NCBI GenBank assembly: GCA_963829055.1
Contig: CAWHHI010000011.1
Coordinates: 160,001-224,000, forward strand
DNA: 64,000 nt
Reading direction: 5' to 3'
Source: an uncultured Gemmatimonadaceae bacterium
GTDB lineage: Bacteria; Gemmatimonadota; Gemmatimonadetes; Gemmatimonadales; Gemmatimonadaceae
Numbering within the stretch: the stretch's first letter is position 1; every line of letters starts with the position of its first letter. Below the pieces are notes generated by a model that was given only the letters and a program-made list of their open reading frames with translations, did not search any database and had not been told where the DNA came from. Both the position numbers and the translations under genes were made by a program. Positions 55,203 through 64,000 of this stretch are shown here, piece after piece.

Positions 55203-55745
55203 TCAGGTCATTGCCTGTGCCAGCCACGCGCGCGCCACGCGCCAGTCGCGCTTCACCGTCGCCGTCGACAGGCCAAGCGCGGCCGCCGTCTCGTCCACAT
55301 CCAGTCCTCCAAAGAACCGACATTCCACGACGGCGGCCCGCCGGCTGTCCACCTTCTGGAGCTCTTCCAGAGCCGCGTGCAGATCGAGCAGCTGCGCAGA
55401 CTTGAGCGGCATCGCCTGGATCTCGTGGTCGAGCGTCACGGCGATGTCCTCCCCGCCGCGTTTCTGCGCGTGGCGGCGGCGTGCTCCGTCGATGAGCACT
55501 TCCCGCATCGCCCGCGCGATGAGGAGCTTGAAATGGGCCGCGTCGTTTGCCGGAACCTTTCCGGGGAGCAGCCTGAGGTAGGCCTCGTGCACGAGCGCCG
55601 TGGTGCTCAACGTCTGCGCATGATCCCCTCGCACCCGCTTGGCGATGCGGCGCAGCTCGTCGTACGCGAGCGTGAACAGTGAGTCGAGCGCCCCCTTCTC
55701 TCCATCACGCGCGCCGCGAAGCAGTACGTCCGTGGCCTGGGTCAC
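55203..55745 (-). CDS. ECF sigma factor, TIGR02999/ECF43-like
   Basis: [38 protein letters not shown]. Confidence 0.94.
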   Translation of the reverse strand: MTQATDVLLRGARDGEKGALDSLFTLAYDELRRIAKRVRGDHAQTLSTTALVHEAYLRLLPGKVPANDAAHFKLLIARAMREVLIDGARRRHAQKRGGEDIAVTLDHEIQAMPLKSAQLLDLHAALEELQKVDSRRAAVVECRFFGGLDVDETAAALGLSTATVKRDWRVARAWLAQAMT

Positions 55746-58295
55746 TTCACCGGCCGCCGCGGGTCTGCTTCCGCGAGAATGGCGGCAGCTTCGGGAATTT
55801 TCCGGAACTCATCGAGCTCGGTTCCCTGGTACATGAACCACAGCCATGCGCCACGCACTTTCACGCGCCTCAGGAGAGAAAGCGCGAGGTCGTTCTTCCC
55901 GAGCGCGACGGCGGCCATGCTGATCCAGTACGCCTCGGTGTAGGTGGGCGCAGCCGGATCTGCAATCAATCGCGTTGCTTCCTCCAGACGGACGAGCGCT
56001 CCAGCGGTGTCTCCACGAGCCGCGAGAGCCTTCGAGAGCGCGACCAGGGGAGGAATGCGATAGCTCGAATCGAGGGTGAGCGCGAACTCCGCATCCTTCA
56101 GCGCCCCCGCTACATCACCGGAAGAAACCCTAACGAGGCTCCGCGCCGCGACGGCGTACGGGACTCTTGGAGACACCGCGAGCGCGCTGTCGAGCACGCG
56201 ATGCGCTTCCTGGAGTCGCCCCTGGCGCTTGTATATCGCCGCGATCGGGACGAACACCATCGCGCGGTCCGGCTCGATGTCGAGCGCGCGGTAATAGGCG
56301 GCGAGCGCTTCGGTGTATCTGCCGAGTGCCGTAAGTGTCTGGCCGTACTGGTGGAATGCTTCGACGTTGTAGGGGTCGAGCGTGATCGTGTGCTGCAGCG
56401 CTTCCACCGCACCGGTGAGACGTCTCGGGTCACGTTGGACGAGCAGGTAGCCGCGGGCAAGCCACGCATCGGCTGATGTCGAATCGAGCGCGACGGCACG
56501 GTTCGCGAGCCGGAGCCCTTCCGCGAGCGGATCTGACGGGTACAGGCGTGATGGCTTCCATCCCCAGTCGATGAGCAGGGAGTAGGCGTACGACTGTCTG
56601 GCAAACGCTGCGGCAAACGTCGAATCCAGCCGCGCGGCCTCCCGATACCTAACGAGCGCTGCCTGGACAGAGGCCGGAGTGCGGAGAGCGAGGAGCTTGT
56701 TACCGAGCAGGAACTCCTCGTAGGCGCCGGCATTCGCCGGGAAGCTGCGTCCGATGCTGTGGCGCTCCTGCGGCGCGAGCGGTTTGCCGAGCGCCCCCAG
56801 GATGCCGATGACGAAATCGCGGCTCAGGTCGTGAATTGCCGCGCGGTGGAACGTGCGGCTTTCCGTCCACAGGACGCGGCGATCGCGTGCCGACTGCAGT
56901 GATCCGGTCACCTCGGTAGTGTCCCCGCGATGGCGCGTCGTGAGCCGGAAGAGATGGAGGTTCCGCCGCTCGCTTTCCGGTGCGAGCGTGTCGCGTGCCG
57001 GGACGAGACTGACGCGTCCCAGCGCGGTGACCCGCGCCGCGACCTCGTCGGTCAGTGCGCCGAGTATGCTGGCCGAAAGAGTGTCGGCCAGATTGCCGGC
57101 GACTGGCAGCACCGCGAGCCTCGATCACGTCATGCTCTGCGACGCCGGCTCTCGCTGACCATGCACCGAACGCCGTGGCAGCGAAGGCAACGAGCGCAGC
57201 CGCGGCGATCGTGAGATTGCGCGCGCGCGACCAGTGTCTCGCGGCGCGCTCGAGATCGCGGAAGATCGCGCTCCCGTCTGCATAACGCTTCGTCGGATCC
57301 TTCTCGAGTGCGCGCATGATCACCGCGATGGCGACCGCGGGGAGGCTGCGAATCGAATCGGGGGCTCGAACGGGCTGCGGATCCGCAACGAGCGCGAGGA
57401 TCTCCGAGGTGGTCCCTCCCGTGAACGGGGGAGATCCCGCGATCATCTCGTAGAGCACGACGCCGAGCGACCATACGTCGCTGCGCGAATCGGGCGCTTC
57501 ACGACGCGCATGCTCCGGACTCATGTACCGGACCGTGCCGGCCGTCGTAGAGCCTTCACGCGTGGAACTGACCAGCGTCGCGATCCCGAAGTCGAGCAGC
57601 TTCACGAGACCGTCGCGCGTGATGAAGATGTTCTCCGGCTTCACATCGCGGTGCACCAGCCCCGCCTGGTGCGCCGCCGCCAGACCCGCGGCCACCTGGC
57701 GCGCGATGTCGAACGCGTCGCGCGGGGGAATCGCACCACGGGTGAGCCGCTCGCGCAGCGTTTCACCCTCATACCTGGCCATCGCGATGAAGCGGTGGCC
57801 ATCCGTCGTCGTTCCGATCTGGTAGATCGTCGCGACGTTGGGATGGTCGAGCGCCGACGCGGCCTGTGCTTCGGCGACGAGTCGTTCGCCGGCGGAGGGA
57901 TCCCCGCCCATGGCGACAGGCAGCAGCTTGAGGGCGGCCACCCGGCCGAGTGTGCGGTCGCGCGCCGCGTAGACGACCCCCATTCCCCCACGGCCGATTT
58001 CGGAGACGATGTCGAAGTCGCCGACCCGGTCGCCCTCGCGAAGCGGTGCCGCATCGCGGGTGTCGGTCTCGATGGCGATGTGGGCGAGCGGTGCGATGCC
58101 CTGGTCGATGAGGTCGTTCGTGCCCTCGTCCGCGGAGAGCATGGCTCGCAGCGTCGCGAGGAGGACGACATCTCCCTCGGTCTCCGCGTCCAGCACGCGC
58201 TCGCGTTCTACCGGGGCGAGGTCCATCAACCGTTCGAAGATGGCTACAGCACGTTGCCACTGAGCGGGGTCGAGCGGCGATCTGCCTGTGACCAA
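55742..58295 (-). CDS. Ser/Thr protein kinase with TM and TPR repeats (frameshift ~57110-57150)
   Basis: IGRGGMGVVY, HRDVKPEN, DFG, GTVRYMSPE; AYEEFLLG TPR region; GTGA overlap with sigma. Confidence 0.93.
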
Positions 58296-58439
58296 CGGCG
58301 GCTCCGGCTGATGGTTGGGGAGCCAAAAGTGTGAGCCCGAGCAGCCTCGTGCGCAAGCAGTTGATCCCCTCCTACCCGGTTTTGCGCAGGGTGAAACAGA
58401 AGGAACGACTTCCACCCGCCTGACATACCGGGGTTCCAA

Positions 58440-61400
58440 ATGCGATTGCGCCGCATCCTCCTCATTGCTGCTGCCACTCTGTCGGCCTGCAACGACATCG
58501 ACGGACCTCGTGGCCGCGAGATCAGCCCGGTGTCCGGGTCACAAGTGCGCGATGCGCGAAACGGCGGCGTCACCGGCTTCTATTTCCTGCCGCCGATCGC
58601 GCCGGCAATCACGTATACGGGTGCGTTCGACGCGAAGCGATCTCCTGTCGTCCTGATCTGCCGCCTCGAGGATGCAGCGTGCACGGAATCCGGTCGCGCA
58701 GCTCACCAGCTCGGGATCCGGCGCCGAGCGCGTGCGCGTCAGCATCGAGAACGAGCACTATGGTGTGGAATGGAGCACCCGTGGTCCCGGCCTTCTGCCG
58801 GGTGCGACCTATCGCGTCAGGGTACTCGATGGAGCGACCGAGCTGGGATACGCCGACGTGCGCCTGTTGAAGACCGACGCCGAAGCGAAGGCCCTTCCGT
58901 CCGGCATCGTCGGGGTCGTCTTCGGCTCGACGCTGGCCATCAAGTTCCGCGTCGAAGTATCGACGGTGGGCCCGCCAGTGAACGCGACGCTCGGAGCAGC
59001 CGGCGGAACCGTGCGCGTGCCACTCGGCGCGGGTGGAATCTTCACGCTCGAGGTTCCTGCTGGAGCCCTGGATGCGGAGGTTGCGTTCACCATCACCCCG
59101 CGAGCGCCAATCGCGGGCAAGCTGGCGTCCATCGGGATCGCGCCGGCGAACGTTCTCTTCGCGCAGCCCGCTCGCATCTCCGCTCAGCCTGCCCACGACC
59201 GTCGTATCGACGTTAGGCAAGCCGGCGTTCGTGCTGGGAAACGGCTCCTTTCCCCTGCTTCTCGCCACTGACGCAGTCGAACCCGGAAAGGTCTTCAGCG
59301 CACGCCTCCCGATGCTCGGCAACCTGCCTTCGTTCCTCCGTTCACAGACGGCGACACGAGTCGGGTATGCAATGAACGCAGCAGCAGAGCCTTCGGGAGA
59401 CGCGATCGATCTCGTGATCGCGGACGCGCAACAGGTAATCACCGCCTTTCTCGCAGCGGCTGCTGACCTCGATTCGAAGCGGAGCTTCACATCTGCCATC
59501 AAGTATCGGATGGAAGCCGCGGCACTGGCGCAGTGGGCCGGCTTGGATGATCTGGCGACAGAGGCAATCGCGGCTGGCCAGGCCTCGGCCTGTGCAAAGC
59601 TCGATCAGGTCACTGGTCTCGCCCCGACGGCCCTGGGAACCGAGTTCAGGGATCTCTGGAAGGCTCTCGAGCCCGTGCTCGCATGGGTTGGTGCCGCGCA
59701 GTCGGTCGGACTGAACCCGGAAGAGTGCCCGTCTCTCGCGGCCTTTCGGACCAGCTTGTCCGAGCTCGTCGCTGACTTCGTGACACTGTATACCGCGGCA
59801 ATGGAGCGGTCGCGCTTTCCGAGCAATGCCGAAGGTCTACAGGATCAGATCTACTCTGCTCTGCTCGTCCGGAAGTACGGGTTCCCGCTGGGAATGGATG
59901 CGGACTTCGATCGCATCAAGTCGCTGATTCAGCGACCGCTCGCGCAACGCTATCGAAGGGCCGCGTACGACTTCTGCCGGAGTGACAATAGTCAGCATCT
60001 CATCAAGGAAGTATTCCTCGCTGCGCGTGATTCTGTCATGTACGCGCGCAACCTTCCGCAGGTATCTGCGCTGGGACAACGAGTACAGGCGGATGACGAT
60101 TTCGGGTTCGACGCGGCTGGCCTTTCGGAGGATCTCCAGCTTTGCGGAACCGCCATCGTCGTTACCAGCGAGGATGCCAGGGGGAACAGAACCCTCGAAG
60201 GCGGCATCGGGGGTACCAGCATCCCGGGTCAACCCGAGCGGAGCCTCGACATCGATGCGAACCCACACGGAAAGATCGAGCTCGAAGGTACCCTGATCGC
60301 GTTTCGGTGTGGTGAAGACGTCGGGAACGATGTCATCAATGTCGACTTCAACGGCGTGCGTGTCCGGACGTGGACCCGGCCCCAGCCTACCGCACATTTC
60401 ATCGTCAACGAGACAAAAAAGTTCGATGTCGACAGCCTGGCGATGGTGGCAGGACTGGACGCGAACGGCGGAGGAACCTTTCCGCTGACCCTCAGTCGCG
60501 AAGGAAACGCATGCGGAGGGTCGTACTCCCTCCCCGGCGCAGGCACATCCACGTTGCTCGCGACGATCAACGTGAAGTTCCCGAAGATCGCCGTGAGCGT
60601 CGCTCCGACGACGGCGGCACTCGCGCCTGGAGAGAACAAGACATTCACCGCGACTGTCACCGGTGCGGCCAATACCGACGTCACATGGACGGTGATCGGC
60701 GGCAGTTACGTGGCCACAGGCAATTCCATCACGTACACCGCTGGCCCTACCGCCGGTTCATTCACCGTCACCGCGACGAGCGTCGAGGAGCCGGCGAGCA
60801 GCGCAGAGGCACAGGTGAACGTTGTCGCGCCACCAGCGATCACGCTCGCACTGACGCGCATCGACGGCGGAGCGCAGTCGCAGGTGTCGGTGGCGGCGGG
60901 TAATGCATGCACCCAGAGCTTCTTTCTTCCAACGACGTCACCGCCGCCGGGCGCTGTCACACTGAGCCCCGCGCAGTGTGCAGCAGGAGGAGCAAGCGCC
61001 TCGGCGACCCAGCGATACACGTCGACCGTAACGTCCGGAAGCTTGATGACGTTCACTGCGAGCGGCCAATCCTCCACGAGCTCGGCCGTCGAGACCACGC
61101 GCGGATTCACGCAGGCGTATGCGACGTTCGATTTCGAGGTGAGCGGAGGCGACGTCTCCGTTACACTGAGCGGGCAGTTGAACGCCAGCATTCCGGACAC
61201 GACGAGTAGCACGGAGGCGCGTGCCTCGTTCATCCTGCAGCGCCGTCTCGGTGCGCGCCTGGTCGATAAGCAGGTGGGTGGAAACGCTGGCGACACGCCA
61301 TTCACGACATCAGCGCCTTTGTCCGGAACCTATCGGCTCACTCCCGGCATCTATCGGGTCAACGTGTTCGCCACTGGCGAGGCGGCGGCGGTCATGCGTC

Positions 61401-61480
61401 CGGATGCCCAGGGTGATCTGGAGTTGCGTAGCGCGGCCGGTTCGTCGAACTACAGCTTTACGCTGACTGTTGCGCCGTAG
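58440..61480 (+). CDS. large surface lipoprotein with Ig-like domains, frameshifted
   Basis: LSAC lipobox, GFYFLPP, ZU5-like EVPAGAL, Ig repeat FTATVTG..VTW; frames join ~58700 and ~59170. Confidence 0.78.
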
Positions 61481-61574
61481 GCCCGTCGTGGCCTGATCGG
61501 CGTACAGATTTGTTGGAAGGATCCGCGGCTTGAGCGCGGGCCAAAAGAATCAGACCCGATGGGTCAGGATGAGA

Positions 61575-61609
61575 AACGGCCGCGCAACCACGTCGGTTGC
61601 GCGGCCGTT
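61575..61609. terminator. 15-bp stem hairpin
   Basis: AACGGCCGCGCAACC-acgtc-GGTTGCGCGGCCGTT. Confidence 0.75.
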
Positions 61610-61621
61610 CGTTAGGTTCGA

Positions 61622-61663
61622 CTGGGGCGGGTGGATTCGAACCACCGACCTCCTCGTCAACAG
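61622..61663 (-). mobile_element. 3' half of tRNA-Asn(GTT), candidate integrative-element att site
   Basis: Minus strand CTGTTGA-CGAGG-AGGTC-GGTGG TTCGAAT CCACC-CGCCCCA-G; no D arm or 5' acceptor strand upstream. Confidence 0.8.
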
Positions 61664-62020
61664 GCAAAGCGCCAGAAACGGCATCACGTCGCTGACTGCG
61701 AGCGTGCGATTGCCACCCCGCCGTTAGGTCGCACGATGACCAAATACCATCTCTGCCCTTCCGGCGCGCCTGTCGACAGACACAAGCCGTGAGTTATCCT
61801 CACTCGGTTGCGGCGTCTCGATCCAACCGCGTTTGGGTACGGCATTCGGTACTTCCCGCTGCGCGAGATGCATCCGCTCGCGGAGCACGCCGCTGGGACA
61901 GCGGAGGCTGCGGATGGGGTGCGAGGCTGCGCCTGATCGCAACGGCTCGTTAGGCAGAACAGTGACGCCCGATTCGGACATGATCGCCCTACGTCACCGC
62001 GCCGGATGGTGGCCGGCGCG

Positions 62021-62550
62021 TGGCTGGGACTGACGAGCATGCGCGAGCGTGTGCGGCTCGTGGACGGCCAGCTCACGATCCATTCGGCGAAGGGCGAGGG
62101 CACGCGCCGCGAGGCACGCGTGCCCTGTCATTCCACTTTCCGCGCCTCTCTCTGACCCGTCCCTAAGGGCTGATAGCAGCAGAACCCGCCGCCGCGTACC
62201 GTCTCGTCAGAGCCTGACGTGCACCCGACGCCCACGTATGGCGCCGCGGTCGATGACGACGAAGAGCTGTTGCCGATCATTCGGCCGACACGAAGCGTCC
62301 GTCGTTCGACTGTCTGGTGCTCGACATCGAGTTCGGTGGCATGTCGGGCATCGACCTGGCCACGCGTCTCGTGGCCGACGAGTGTCCAACGTCATTCATC
62401 TATCTCACGGCTCTTGACGAATCCATTGCCCGCGCCAGCGCAGGCGTGTCAGGTGCCGCCGCGTACTCTCGCAAGACCGACTCCGGTGCCGACGTTGTGA
62501 CCGTCTCGAAGCTCGCCTCATTCGGCACCTTCGTGCCAGCTATCAAGTGA
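62021..62550 (+). pseudogene. degraded histidine kinase C-terminus plus receiver domain
   Basis: LGLTSMRERVRLVDGQLTIHSAKGEGT; AVDDDE, CLVLDIEFGGMSGIDL, IYLTA. Confidence 0.75.
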
Positions 62551-62669
62551 GTGTCGGCGCTATGCCGTTCATCCAGAGAACGGACGGTCGTGGAAGCTAG
62601 AGGGGCGATCGTCCTTCTGCTTCCGAAGCGACACTGAGACGGATCTCGCAAATGACAAAGGATGCAATC

Positions 62670-64000
62670 ATGCGAACAACGCTGCCACTCGTCATCGGAA
62701 CCGCGCTGTTCATCGCCGCATGCGAAGGATCGCCGCCCCCGGCGACGCCTGCCGGAGGAGCATCGCCAGCGGTGCGACTTGGGGGTGAGCCGACCGGCGC
62801 TGGAACGGTCACCGCCGATGCCGGTGAGATCCAGCCGGTGGATCCCTCCAAGTTCTACAAAGAGCCCGGCTACTCTCCATACGCGGGACGCCGCTATCCG
62901 GAGCGGCCGTACTTCGGCGACGAGCACGTGCACACCGCGTGGTCTGTCGATGCGGGCGGCTTCGGGACGACACTCGGCCCGGAGGAAGCGACGCGATTCG
63001 CACGGGGCGAGGAAGTCACCTCCACCAGCGGTCAGCCCGTGAAGCTCGGACAGCCCCTGGACTGGGTCGCCATCACCGATCACTCCGATGGCATGGGCAT
63101 GATTACCGAGATCAAGAACGCGAATCCCGAGTTGCTAGCGGACCCGACGATCAAGAAGTGGTACGGCATGTTCAACAGCGGCCCGACTGAGGCGCGGGCC
63201 GCAGTGATGGAGTTGGTGAAGGCGCAGGCCACCAGAAATATGCCGCCGCCCTTCATGGATCCCAAGTTCGCGCGGAGCCTGTGGATCAGGAATACCGCGA
63301 TCGCCGACAAGTACAACGAGCCGGGGCGGTTCACCACGCTGATCGGCTATGAGTGGACGTCGAACGCCGGCGGCGGCGACAACCTGCACCGGAACGTCAT
63401 CTACCGCGACGGCAAGGACAAGGCGGACATGGTGCTGCCGTACACGACGTTCCAGAGCGAAAACCCGGAAGACCTCTGGAAATGGATGGCGGCGTGGGAG
63501 AAGACGACGGGCGGCAAGATGCTCGCGATTCCCCACAACGGAAACTTGTCGAACGGCCGCATGTTCGCGCTGACGACGTTCGGTGGCGATCCGCTGACCA
63601 AGGCCTGGGCGGACGAGCGTCAGAAGTGGGAGCCGCTGTACGAAGTGATTCAGATGAAGGGACAGGGCGAGGCCCATCCCGCGATCTCGACCACCGACGA
63701 GTTCGTGCAGAACTACGAGTTGTGGGATCGCGGAAACCTGACCCTGATCCCGAAGAAGCCCGGCCAGCTCCAGACCGAATACGCGCGGGACGCGCTCAAG
63801 AACGGACTGAAGGTCGAACAGGACCTCGGGACCAACCCGTTCAAGTTCGGCCTGGCTGCGGGCACCGACACGCACAATGGCCTGACGGCCGCGGAAGAGG
63901 ACAATTTCTTCGCGAAGTTTCCGGCGTCGGAACCGAGGGCGGACCGCTGGGACGAGAACGCGATAAAGATGGGCGAGCGGGTGGTCAAGGGCTGGGAGAT
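62670..64000 (+). CDS. DUF3604 family (PHP-like) lipoprotein, runs off window
   Basis: IAAC lipobox; FGDEHVHTAWSVDA, AITDHSD, GYEWTS, NLHRNVI, IPHNGNLSNG, TDTH. Confidence 0.9.
   Translation, partial: MRTTLPLVIGTALFIAACEGSPPPATPAGGASPAVRLGGEPTGAGTVTADAGEIQPVDPSKFYKEPGYSPYAGRRYPERPYFGDEHVHTAWSVDAGGFGTTLGPEEATRFARGEEVTSTSGQPVKLGQPLDWVAITDHSDGMGMITEIKNANPELLADPTIKKWYGMFNSGPTEARAAVMELVKAQATRNMPPPFMDPKFARSLWIRNTAIADKYNEPGRFTTLIGYEWTSNAGGGDNLHRNVIYRDGKDKADMVLPYTTFQSENPEDLWKWMAAWEKTTGGKMLAIPHNGNLSNGRMFALTTFGGDPLTKAWADERQKWEPLYEVIQMKGQGEAHPAISTTDEFVQNYELWDRGNLTLIPKKPGQLQTEYARDALKNGLKVEQDLGTNPFKFGLAAGTDTHNGLTAAEEDNFFAKFPASEPRADRWDENAIKMGERVVKGWE

Larger units (their letters stand above)
28..61955. 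repeat. dispersed octamer GCCTAACG/CGTTAGGC
   Basis: Hand count 27 forward + 20 reverse exact copies, 19 more with one mismatch; positions in findings. Confidence 0.93.

Noticed and set aside
61622..61700. Complete tRNA gene
   Set aside because: No D arm, no 5' acceptor strand and no 5' anticodon stem complementary to CGAGG
28..61955. GTTAGGC/GCCTAAC as integron attC core and inverse-core sites
   Set aside because: They match GTTRRRY/RYYYAAC, but most lie inside genes, I found no GCCTAAC..GTTAGGC pair in attC order at ~55-140 bp with internal symmetry, and there is no intI or cassette array

Overview
High-GC (about two-thirds by eye) bacterial chromosome segment. Gene content suggests Gemmatimonadota or a similar soil lineage (inference): two TIGR02999-type ECF sigma + Ser/Thr kinase modules, ADOP/MacB-type permease pieces, a DUF3108 protein and Ig-domain lipoproteins. 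Dense single-base indels (worst at 11.8-15.0, 20.4-24.7 and 29.5-33.7 kb) look like unpolished long-read error, so many genes are stitched across frames. Contents: PAS hybrid kinase, S1 protease, beta-helix protein, two GT-C-like membrane proteins beside a five-gene deacetylase/methyltransferase/GT2/flippase/kinase operon, two tandem ABC ATPase + permease-M1 peptidase modules, M28 peptidase, copper amine oxidase, serine hydrolase, Leu dehydrogenase, P450, orphan cpaB, DUF3604. The strongest unexplained signal is the non-palindromic octamer GCCTAACG/CGTTAGGC: 47 exact copies by hand count plus 19 one-mismatch copies, on both strands, mostly inside genes where it forces rare codons. It behaves like a DNA-uptake-sequence or HIP1-type iterated motif. 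Also seen: many short gene shards between genes, a displaced tRNA-Asn 3' half (candidate island att site) at 61.6 kb, REP-like palindromes and two in-frame micro-insertions.
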